A DNA stretch of 63,574 nucleotides, the filler included, from Octopus bimaculoides (lineage: Eukaryota), in assembly GCF_001194135.2 (NCBI RefSeq). It is 5 parts of 4 records of this genome, joined end to end, with 100 filler letters (N's around TTAATTAATTAA, not from the genome) between each part and the next. Parts side by side here need not be neighbours in the genome. Positions count along the whole stretch, not along the records: positions 50,060 to 60,648 come from NC_068986.1; positions 60,749 to 62,215 come from NC_069005.1; positions 62,316 to 63,574 come from NC_068992.1; 2 more parts are not named here. One strand, 5' to 3'. Position 1 is the first letter of the stretch. Each line of letters begins with the position of its first letter. Below the pieces are notes generated by a model. It had not been told where the DNA came from, did no database searches, and saw only the letters and a program-made list of their open reading frames with translations. The position numbers were made by a program, and so were the translations under genes. Shown here piece after piece: positions 53,062 to 63,574 of the stretch.

Positions 53062-53897
53062 AATTTTCTTCCTGTGACAGCAGCTAGATGAAATACCTTC
53101 TTGTTTCTCTGAAAAACATTAAGATTATAACTAATTAATTCATGCAAAACTGTGTAAATATATACATTATTGAATTTTTTAACCACAAGTGTTGGGTGTA
53201 GGAAAAAAAAAGTTGATGGAAGTGTTTTTGTAACTTACAAACTTAATGTTGTTATTGAAGTATTTTTTTGCATCTATCATAATTCCACGTCGAAATGAAG
53301 GAGCACCTCACTACCAACACCTTCATAGTAGCCCCAGAAAGGAACACAGCAAATCTTTGTGTCAAGCTATACTGATCCACTGCCTCAACCTGGGAATCAA
53401 CAGTCAATTGGAAATGGACCAGTGGCTCCTATAAATACATCATGGGGACTACGACCAGCATCATAACATGTGCTGCCAACACCATCTTCCATGCACCACC
53501 ATGTGAAAATACATCACAACAACCAACAGTTGGAAAGTTGCTGCTACTACTGGTAACCCAAATGCTGAGCACAGTTTAAGATAAAATAATGAAATCAATG
53601 TAACTAGACATTTCTTGAACTGCTTACTTCTGAAGATAGCCACTTGCGCCTTATATATGAAGGTTTTAGTAAAACTTTCTGCATTGTTAGAAGCATTCTT
53701 TATTTCCCTTCTCTTTCATTTTTTACTTCATTAATTAGGTATTAATTAAATGAATTTTTTTTAAAGACTAATCTTATGAAATATAACAATAAAAACAACA
53801 AATTTCACCTTGAAAACATCATGGATAATTTGTTTGATAAAAGGAAAGAGATTAACAATTATTGTTAAACATAATTATTATTATTATGATTATTATT

Positions 53898-54115
53898 AAG
53901 GTGGCGAGCTGGTAGAATCATTAGAATGCTGGGCAAAATGATTGGCAGCATTTCATCCTTTCGGAATTTGAGTTCAAATTCCACTGAGGTCGACTTTGCC
54001 TTTCATCCTTTTGGGGTCAATAAATTAAGTATCAGTGAAACACTGGGGTCAATGTAATCGACTGGTCCCCTCCCTGCAAATTTTAGGATTTGTGCCTTGA
54101 GTAGAAAGGATTGTT
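53898..54115 (+). mobile_element. tRNA-SINE family B upstream of FAXC first coding exon
   Basis: aaggtggcgagctggtagaatcattag...tgagttcaaattccactgaggtcgactttgcc...gagtagaaagg. Confidence 0.8.
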
Positions 54116-54727
54116 ATTAGTAATACCAGTTATGAGATTCTCTGTTATAATTAATACATTAAATGCCTTTTCCTGTACGAAACATGTAAAAGATTAAGAA
54201 TTATAAACATATTTTATTACTATTTAGTTCTTGTTATTTTCTGTAGATCTTTAGGCTGCGTCTCTGGTTCAGAGTTTAGCAGGGTTCACAAAAACTTTGT
54301 AAATCGAAAGAGATGTAAGTGCATGAGAACGCACAGAGCTGCATTGTTTTTGATGAGAAAAGAAAGAGAGAAGGGTATTTTACTTGAAGTAACATAATAT
54401 ATATTAATTAAGCTCACAAAAATTAATGTTGAATTACTACTGACTAGCTGACCATGTGCTGTCGATACAGACGGCTAATTGTAGTATTTTATATATAGAT
54501 AGGGTACAAAATAAGGAACATAATAGTCACACATACAAACATTCGCACACTGCCCTTGTGCACACACATACACACATATACTCACACAGAGTTGAAATGC
54601 AGATTTTTTTTTTACCCTACCTTTCTCTTATTGGTATTACTTTCTCTCATTCCGGGCTATTATTCTCACTACATCTCCTCCACTGAATTAATATCCTCTC
54701 TTTTCCTCCACGTCTGACGTGATTCTG

Positions 54728-54779
<52 letters not shown>

Positions 54780-55035
54780 NNNNNNNNNNNNNNNNNNNNN
54801 NNNNNNNNNNNNNNNNNNNNNNNNNNNNNNNNNNNNAGAGAGAGAGAGAGAGAGAGAGAGAGAGCTGGCCGGTAGCGTATTTTTCTGCAATGTATGGGTA
54901 ATTTATCCTGATCACGCTATTTATTAGCATTATCACGCGTTTGAGAATAAAAAAAATATATTTCTCTATCTTTCAGTACATCTCAACGCTTCTAAAATAA
55001 ACTTTGTTTGTTTACTTTCATCGTAAGTTGAATAT

Positions 55036-55090
<55 letters not shown>

Positions 55091-56683
55091 CACTACACTC
55101 ATTATCATATTAGGAGACTCAAAGTAGCAATAGATATGAATTTACACAAGTACATCACAATAGCAGTAAACTACAGGTTGGTTTCTTGTTACTGTGTTGT
55201 CACAGTTGTAGTTGTGGAGAGGAAGTTTTCTTAGCCCTGAATCAGCTAAACCCAGAGCTAAAGGGATAAACTGTTCTGTTGGTTTGTCTGTCAGAAGTGG
55301 CTTGCCAAATGAAGTAAATCCGACTTCTGCTTCTTTTGATATTAAGGGGTTAAGTAGATGAGTAATGACAGAGAGAGATCAAAAAGACCAAACAGAATCA
55401 AGTTTCCTGTCTCTAACATAGATAGACTGTTGATAAGTAGCACAATGGAAAAAAACCAGCTGAGATTCATCATAAACAAATTAAATGTTTAGCAGATCAA
55501 ATCTTAGAGATGATTTGTGTATCAGATACATTTCTTTTAATTCAGTAATTAATATGCTATTTCATCCTATCAAATTTCCATTTTTTAAATATTTTCAATG
55601 ACTAAAATAACTTTTGTTTGCAAAAAAAATTTTTTTAAATCAGTGTGAATCAAAGAAATGAACCAGCTGAACTACCAATAATACAACTAAATACAATTAA
55701 TATTGTAAATTAATCATTAATCTGCACCTGGGAAGTTTCTGAGAGAAATTTGCATGTATGGGCAACTGCTGGAAGACCAGTCTTCACCCACAAGAGTCAC
55801 TAAGACTACAACGAACTAAAAAACATTATAGTTATATGTTAGCTATTTGTTATATAGAATTATTTCACCAATCTATTGCTATATTTTCACAGAATAAATA
55901 TATTTTGATAAATGGAGCTCACTCTCAGTGTCAATGTTAGCAATTTGACGAAATTTGCCCAATTCATAAAATCTGTCAGTTTGATGAAATCTGTCCAAAA
56001 CCTTAAAATTTTGGCATTTTACACACATGCACAAAAATGACAATGACATGGGTTTGCTACCAGACTCTGGTCATTTTTTCATCAAATTGGTCCTACCCAT
56101 TAATACAGATTTCAATTTGACGAAAAATGTTTCATGGGTATAAACAGGCATCTTATTAACGGTAATCTCATTAGCATTTGCTAATTCTGCATTTCAATAT
56201 AAATCGCTTTCATTTGCTAAAACTGATTATTCAATTCCTTGATTTTATTCCCCAGTGTTTCAGGTTTTAAATAGGTAAGTGCATTTTATTTCTCAAGCAT
56301 TTTCTATTCAGTATCTCATGCATAACCATAGATATGCTAACAATCAAACTACATTTATACAAACCATTGCTTAGATACAAGGTTTAACTTATCCGTATAC
56401 CCCTTCTTAATGATTGTCCTTTTCCGATTCCACACATATTTATTTGTATTATTGTTTTGTGAATGAATTTGCTTATGTCTTCTATTATCTATCTTATGTC
56501 TTGATTTCATTTTTTGACTGAGAGAAATTAGGCATTGTAATGGGTACTGGGAATATCCCCACTCCTGGGTATTACTGGGTACCTCAGCTAGTATTACAAT
56601 ATTACAATAATCAATATGTTGTGCATGTGTAGCAATATAACATTCATGAAATTAGCATTAACTTATCCCACTCTTTTTTACAG

Positions 56684-56743
56684 AACCCCAAGGAACCTTT
56701 TGCAGAACCCTAGGGTTCCAGGGAACCTGGTTGAGAAAGACTG
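56684..56743. mobile_element. hAT/MER5-like right end fragment
   Basis: gaaccctagggttccagggaacctggttgagaaagactg resembles the MER5-type terminus. Left end not securely found. Confidence 0.4.
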
Positions 56744-56744
56744 C

Positions 56745-57087
56745 ATTAGTATGTGGCCATGCTGGAATATTGCCTTGAGGAAATTTTAATTTGGTACTTA
56801 TTGGTCTCTTTTGTTAAACAACTAAGTGATGGGGACATAAACACACCAACACCAGTTGTCAATTGGTGGAAGGGAGACAGCCACAGACACAAAGACATAC
56901 ATGCATGCACACACACACATATATGATGGGCTTCTTTCAGTTTCCATCTGCCAAATCCACTCACATGACTTTCATCAGCTCAAGGCTAGAGTTGAAGACA
57001 TTTGCTCAAGGTACCATGCAGTGGGACTGAACCCTGAACCATGTGGTTGGGAAGCAAGCTTCTTACCACATAGCCACTCCTGCACCT
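56745..57087 (-). mobile_element. tRNA-SINE family A, near full length
   Basis: Tail gtggccatgctgga through head cttaccacatagccactcctgcacct. Confidence 0.8.
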
Positions 57088-58983
57088 ATGATAGTTGATA
57101 GAATAAAAATTTAGTTCAGTTCAAATTGCTTCAAAAAAAAAAAAAAAAAAAAAAAAGAAACACTTGTAACAACATTTTATAATATACTCTTCCTTCCAAA
57201 GCAATAAAGTAATTTATCTTCTGAAGTGGATAAGTCCTTCTTGACTTATAAATCTGTTGACCTATAAATAACTAAAGATGATATGTAAGAGAACATGCTG
57301 CTATTTTATGAAGCTGGCAACAACTTGACACCAACTCTCAGCATAAAACACAATGATTATGTCTCAACCTTCCACAAAACCTTGCAATAAATGAAATATC
57401 AGAACTTCATGCATTTCAAATATTTTACTGGAATATATTGAGCAGATGATAACAAAATCTTTGTCTTTTTGATAGGCTATAAGACTATTTGACAGTGTTT
57501 TGTAAGTATGTCCATAGTTCTGGCTTCCAGTCCACAATGAAACACCTTGGACCATAATTTCTGGTCAAGTAAAGCCTTCAGAGTGGTGTACATGTACCTG
57601 TCAAACACCTTTCCCTAGGTTCCATTTGCAGAGTCTACTGTTATAAATATTTGAACCATGTCATTGAATAATCCATAAGGCTTAATCAATATTTCTGCCT
57701 GCTAAAACTAGCCTAAAAGGTTTGGAAAAATGTCATAGATACCAGCCTTACTTCCCTGATTCAAGGTCACTGCTATGGTCAAGGGTACTAAAATTTGGAA
57801 CACCACACAAATTCCAGACAACTTCAACAAAGATTCTCTATATCATGCTTCTCTTTCAATGATTTTTTTTTAATACAAATTCCTAATCATCACCCTCTTT
57901 ACACACACTGAAAAATGAGGTTGAAAAATTATAAGTAACTTGTGCACATTAAAAGAGAAGCACAATATAGAGCTGACGAAATGAGGTTGCACGTTGCAGA
58001 GCTGGGAGGTGGAATGTCTATTACAAGGCTGGGAGAAAGGGGTGTATGTTGTAGGACTAACGGGAGGGGATACATACTGTAAGACTAGCTTAGAGTAGTA
58101 CTGACTAAGTAATAATTGTACTAAGTAATAATCAAAGCTTTAAGACTTATTGAGATAACATTAATTAATAAGTTATGGACAATTGTTTCATATTCTTGAA
58201 ATAATGGCAATTAGTATATAAACGGTATTGGGTGACAAAATAAACTACAACTTTAATGAACAAAATTATAAGGCTGTGTGCAGGGCCTATAGGAGTGGGA
58301 TTCAACCTTCTGGGATCTCAAAACTTTATCCTTGAAGTTTCAGAACATCCTTTCTCTTGGAGGGCCTGGCTGTGTGATTGGAAATTAATTTTTAGACACA
58401 TGGTTCTGAGTTCGATCCCACAACAAGGAACATAGAACAAGTGTCTTCTCACACGCACAGTCATGTGTACGTGTGTGTGTTAGCCTTTCTCCAGTATATA
58501 TATCCAAAGATATAAACATAAGCAAGAAAAAACAAAACAAACAAAGTGAATGGTGTTATTCGAACCAAGTCCTTGTAATATTTGCTCAACACTGAATAAC
58601 AGACACCTTCTTCATTGCTGTTTACTAGAAATACAGTGAACCAGGGATGGTCCCATCAAAAACCTGTTACCAATGAAGTTGTTGTTCACTAACAGCAATA
58701 TAAAATAACTAAATAAATAAATACACATATAATACACAAACAAGCAAACAAAAACATTTTAGCACATTTAAATCTTTTCACTGATTTTCTCCAGCTTGAG
58801 AATTCACTTTAAGAGAACCTGACCCACTTTGTAAACCTGTGTTTTCACACCAGCCATTTCTCTCTTTCCCCAAATATGGAGCTTTAATCACAAGTGCTAT
58901 AGTAACCTACTGGTACACAGTGTCTGTCTGCATTATATATATATATATATATGTATAGATGAGTGTCTGTGTGTGCATAACTA

Positions 58984-59409
58984 CAGTTTGGTACCTCATC
59001 TCTGACTTGGTTTTCTAGTAGCTGAAACATTTTTTAAATGCATATTCTTTTTTAGGGAATTTTGCTGAGAGGCGGAGATAAAGAATACGCACACCACCCG
59101 TTTTTGATGTAACCCTAACCCTAACCTTAAACTCCGAGTGTGCATATTCTTTATCTTCACTGGATAGATACATTTTCAAGTGTAGATTACAATTACGTTG
59201 ATAATTTTTTGTTTTCAAAAAAGATTATTACCCCCACCCCGATTTTTTTTTCCTTAAATCTCTCTTTAAAACACATATTATTTAATTTTAAAGGTGCTTC
59301 TTCCTTTCCAAGGCCCCAAGAAAATAAAAATGTTACCTTTGTTGCAATTAAGTGTAGCATTTTAAAGAGAGCTATGAAGAAATAAAGGCGGTTGAGGGGT
59401 ACCAAACTA
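58984..59409. mobile_element. Tc1/mariner-type MITE (426 bp) with internal hairpin and TAACCC repeats
   Basis: TA|CAGTTTGGTACC ... GGTACCAAACTA|TA. Confidence 0.7.
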
Positions 59410-59432
59410 TATATATATAAATATTACAGGCA

Positions 59433-59620
59433 CAACAAAAACAGGAAGTAAGAGTGAGAGAAAGAGTACAGCAGGGTTCGCCACCATCCCCTGCGGGAGC
59501 CTCGTAGAGCTTTAGGTGTTTTTACTCAATAAACACTCACAACGCCCGGTCTGGGAATCGAAACCGCGATCCTATGACCGCGAGTCCGCTGCCCTAACCA
59601 CTGGGCCATTGCGCCTCCAC
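59433..59620 (-). mobile_element. tRNA-SINE family C 5' half
   Basis: gccctaaccactgggccattgcgcctcca is the reverse complement of the family C head. Confidence 0.85.
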
Positions 59621-60329
59621 TGATATATCCCTCTTTCATTATACACACACACACATACCGTATTTGATAGCTTAAATGATGGGCGGGGGCAAAGATCATG
59701 GACCGCACCCCCTTTGCGACTTCTTTCGTTTTTTTACAGGAACACACTATATCGTGGGTGGGGATTCCGAATCTGCAAAAAAAATCTGCATTTCAAAAAT
59801 GAGAGAAGCAAAAATAAAGACAAGAAAACGAAGGAAAGAAACAAACAAATAAAGTCCACGAATACTTTACTAGATGTTCATACTGCTATGTTTATCATCC
59901 CGAGACGAACAAGCAACTGTCAAAAGACAATGTTTATTAACTTTCAGCCGAGAGAGCTACATCCGTTACGAAGTAATAAAGTTTCGTCAGTCCATAGTTA
60001 AAATGTTTATGCTCGTTGTATAAGTCTAGGCTACATTTAATATGCATAAAGAAAGACAAAGGATAGACAAGTATTTTGTATTGTAAGCTCCAGTAGATTT
60101 TCAAATGCAGTAAGAAAGAAGTTTTAAAAAATTATTAAAAGGAATGCGAGGACTGTGTAATAAATAAACTTCCGCAATTTAAAGAAAAAAAATTATTCTC
60201 CAAGTAACAAAATAACACAGGCAGCTCTTGCGGTCAAACTAAAGCGTTTGACCCGGTGACAAAAATAAATAAATAAATAAAAAAGTCTAATAGGTGTAAA
60301 ACAACTTGCTGGGAACGAATATGAAGAAA

Positions 60330-60600
60330 AAAATGCGCGCTCGTGAACGGGGGAGGGGTCACAAACACGTGTAGTAACGCCGTGCGCATGCGTAGTCTCA
60401 CGCATACGTGGAATTAAACAAGCAAGCGTTCCCGCTTTAATCTTTCTCTTTTACGGTCGGCCGACCATGAGCACGGACGTGTCAAGAGTGTCTCTAATAC
60501 TCCAGCCTGGAGACAGTCTCTTTACGTGTTAAGCTGTCTCTCTACATCTTTCGGACTTACACTCGACAGCTCGCTCACACCTACAGAACAACGTCCCAAC
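60330..60600. promoter_or_regulatory. Candidate CpG-rich promoter-proximal region upstream of FAXC-like gene
   Basis: Locally GC/CpG-rich and non-repetitive. E-box CACGTG at 60366-60371, NRF1-like TGCGCATGCG at 60383-60392, minus-strand donor-like GTAAGT at 60560-60555. Motif-only evidence. Confidence 0.3.
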
Positions 60601-60648
60601 AACTATGCTCATACACACAGAAGCTGTAACAACAAGAACTAAAGGTGT

Positions 60649-60748
60649 NNNNNNNNNNNNNNNNNNNNNNNNNNNNNNNNNNNNNNNNNNNNTTAATTAA
60701 TTAANNNNNNNNNNNNNNNNNNNNNNNNNNNNNNNNNNNNNNNNNNNN
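60649..60748. other. Artificial contig spacer 44N-TTAATTAATTAA-44N
   Basis: Same structure. Confidence 0.95.
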
Positions 60749-60902
60749 GGAGGAGAAGAAGAAGAAGAAGAAGAAGAAGAAGAAGGAGGAGGAGAAGAAG
60801 GAGGAGGAGGAGGAGGAGAAGAAGAAGAAGAAGAAGAAGAAGAAGAAGAAGAAGAAGAAGAAGAAGAAGAAGAAGAAGAAGAAGAAAAAGAAGAAGAAGA
60901 GG
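60749..60902. repeat. (GAA)n/(GGA)n purine tract
   Basis: Direct reading. Confidence 0.95.
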
Positions 60903-60907
60903 TTTTG

Positions 60908-61100
60908 AGGCAGCATGCTAACAGAACAATAGTAAGCCGGACAAAATACTTTGTAGAATTTCGTCCACTTCACGATCTCAGCTCAAGTTCTACCGTAGTC
61001 GACTTTGATATTCTACTTTTCCGAGTCGATAAAATAAGAACCAGTTGATCGATAGACCGTTTCCTCGAAATTTCAGGCCTTGTGCTTATAGTAGGAAGCT
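60908..61100 (+). mobile_element. tRNA-SINE family B (diverged)
   Basis: gtcgactttgat...gagtcgataaaataagaaccag...ggccttgtgcttatagtagg. Confidence 0.6.
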
Positions 61101-61394
61101 TTATTTAAAACGTTATTAAATTCAAGATCGACTGTTTCAAAAAGCAATGTGCGCGTATGTGTGTGAGGTTGTCTGTGAGTGCTTGTGTGAGTCCGTGTGT
61201 GAGTGTATGTGTGTGATTTTGTGTGTGTGTGTGTTCGTGTGATTGTATGTGAGTGTGTGTGTTAGTATGTGTGTGTGTGTGTCTGTGTGTGTCTGTGCGT
61301 GTGTGTGTATGGCATTCAATGGATGAATTGACACGAGTTCAGTTCAAATGTGGTACAACTCTCCTAGATTCGCCAGCCGTTATATGCAAGCTTC

Positions 61395-61448
<54 letters not shown>

Positions 61449-62183
61449 GCACTAACACACATACATACGTACACAGACACACACGCGCACACGCACTAAC
61501 ACACAGAGACACATACACACACACGCATACAAACACACACATACACAGATACACACACACATACACACACACGCACACACACACACACTATCACCACTGC
61601 TGTCTATTCCGACTGGAAGCAAGAAGAGCTGCGGTGAGATATCAAGTGTTAAAAGATAACAAAAGGATTAGGGTTAAAATAGTGAGATAAAGAACGCTAT
61701 TAGGTTTAATGAACCGGAAAATTATCTGAAAAGAAAACACGCATGTATGAGTTAATGGACATGTTTGTGTATGTGTGCAAGTGCACGTGTAGACGAATGT
61801 ATGTGATTGTGTACGTGCATAAGTGTGTATGCGAATATGTCTGAGGCTGTAAGTATATGTAGAGGAGTGCTTGTGCTTGTGGACATGTAATATGTGTGTA
61901 TGTGTAAGAGAGATGCGTTGGTGTGTGTTAATGTGCACGGGGGTATAAGCCTTTTGAAGGTTCTAATTTCTCAGATGCGTACACACGCATAAACACCCCA
62001 CTCTCACACAACACACACAGGCATAAACGCACACAGACATATATATTATGTAATATATGCGTACACTTACAAACACATGCCGACATTTAGATAAATACAT
62101 ATATTCATAAGCCTATAGACACACACATAAATATATACGTATAAATGTATATACATATGCATATAGAGACGTATAAACAAACA

Positions 62184-62215
<32 letters not shown>

Positions 62216-62315
62216 NNNNNNNNNNNNNNNNNNNNNNNNNNNNNNNNNNNNNNNNNNNNTTAATTAATTAANNNNNNNNNNNNNNNNNNNNNNNNNNNNN
62301 NNNNNNNNNNNNNNN
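62216..62315. other. Artificial contig spacer 44N-TTAATTAATTAA-44N
   Basis: Same structure. Confidence 0.95.
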
Positions 62316-62590
62316 GCCTAGTTGCAAGCCCACTGACGTTTCCGCGTTAATTTTGGCACTTGTCACCGCTTCATACCCGTTTAGTGTCTCGCCAATCAGG
62401 TCAATATGCCTGTGGCTCGACACCATCACGGTGACGTCGTCGGCATAGGCAGACACGCTCCTTCCACATCCCAGATCACGCGGGACGCCCCTCAAAGCCT
62501 CCAACTTTCGTAGTAATGGCTCGAGAGTCAATACATACAGAAGGGAGGAGAGAGGACACCTCCCTTCTGTAGCCCTGATGCAGTACAAAG
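62316..62590 (-). mobile_element. L1/Tx1-like LINE reverse-transcriptase fragment
   Basis: CPLSSLLYVLTLEPLLRKL...SAYADDVTV...YEAVTSAKINAETSVGLQLG (RT motifs including YADD). Confidence 0.9.
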
Positions 62591-63574
62591 CAATGGCTCA
62601 TTGCTTCTTATCTTAACTGGTTGGAAGTGTTATCATGTACATTGTTTTGTCTTGTACGAACAAAGCCTTCAAGGTTTTGTCAAAGCATGGCCGCCATTCG
62701 ATTAATGAAACTAGTAAAAAATATTCAATTCACTTGTAGTTATGAACACAAATCTTGCAGAATAATATATTACAAAGATGTAATTGTCTTTCAAATTAAC
62801 AGTCTTTTATATTTATACATTTAAGTAAAACGGTACCATCTGTGGTTCCTGTATTGCTTGAGAACAATTGTGTTTGAGATAATATGACGCAGGTGAATCT
62901 TATAGCAGTAGGCAACATTAAAAACTAGAGAAAATCTCATCAATTTATAACCATATATAACCATAATGTGTTTACTCGTTATTAATGGCTGTGTCAAGAC
63001 AAAAACTATGGATATATCTATTGACTATTTTATTACTCTGCAAAATAAGTTTACAGGATCTTTGTTCCCATTTCTGTATCTGCTTTTCGTTTGTTTATAC
63101 TCATTCGATATGAAGTAATAAGTATTTATCTATAGATAAAGATAAGTCATGAGATGAATTGAGCTGCCGTTCATAACTGCTCTCTTGTTTGCAGGTTCTG
63201 ATGCGGCACACATGTTTCGACGTTACAATGCGTGAGCGAGTTCAAACCGATATATATCAGGGCGGAAGCAAAAATCTTTCCGTTGTATTATATGTTATAG
63301 ACAGGAATTACTCCAGGGATAATGCATGAAGTTACTGCTAAAAAAAATAGCATGAATTGTGTATGTCGGGACACTTACACACAATCTATCCAATTGATAT
63401 GATGAGAGAAAATTATTCTGTTAATCAATTCACCAACGAAATATAATTGGTATATCATTACGTGGAAGTGATAAATCATGTTGTTACATCTATCTATCTG
63501 ACTATCCATCCGTCCATCCGTCCATCCGTCTGTCTATGTCTCTCTCTTTATATATATATATATATATATATATA

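Noticed and set aside
57300-57830. Possible CR1/L2 RT remnant (ADD, FDSV-like); similar patch at 53250-53600
   Set aside because: Motifs are out of the expected order and heavily disrupted.
58600-58710. Minus-strand IGNRFLMGPSL resembling FAXC LGDKKYIMGP
   Set aside because: Upstream of the gene, spacing is wrong and an in-frame stop follows, so treated as chance.
59112-59130. TAACCC repeats as an interstitial telomere or fusion site
   Set aside because: Only about 3 units, and inside a MITE.
31301-59620. tRNA-like A/B boxes as tRNA genes
   Set aside because: Each continues into SINE body and tail and lacks a complete acceptor stem.
60468-60533. Plus-strand ATG with good context (MSTDVSRVSLILQPGDSLFTC*)
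   Set aside because: 21-aa ORF with no convincing donor and no homology recognised.

Overview
AT-rich, gap-ridden animal genomic scaffold. It is almost certainly octopod cephalopod (inferred from the tRNA-SINE families and very dense microsatellites). Only one protein-coding gene is supported: three spliced minus-strand exons (53061-52982, 51589-51463, 51169-50973) encoding the N-terminal 135 aa of a failed-axon-connections (FAXC/metaxin-like GST-fold) protein. I could not find its 3' exons. The rest is intron or intergenic DNA containing at least four tRNA-SINE families, LINE fragments (two RLE/R4-Dong-like families, RTE, L1/Tx1), a Penelope remnant, mariner and hAT non-autonomous elements, foldback structures and microsatellites. 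Nearly all ORFs in the supplied track are microsatellite or N-gap artefacts. Four 44N-TTAATTAATTAA-44N spacers are artificial contig joins. The most interesting signal is a ~163-bp unit present in two near-identical copies, each embedded in (TA)n, that carries a minimal type I hammerhead-ribozyme fold with a non-canonical core (CUGUUGA). Repeat family names are by recall of motifs, not database searches, and most repeat boundaries are approximate.
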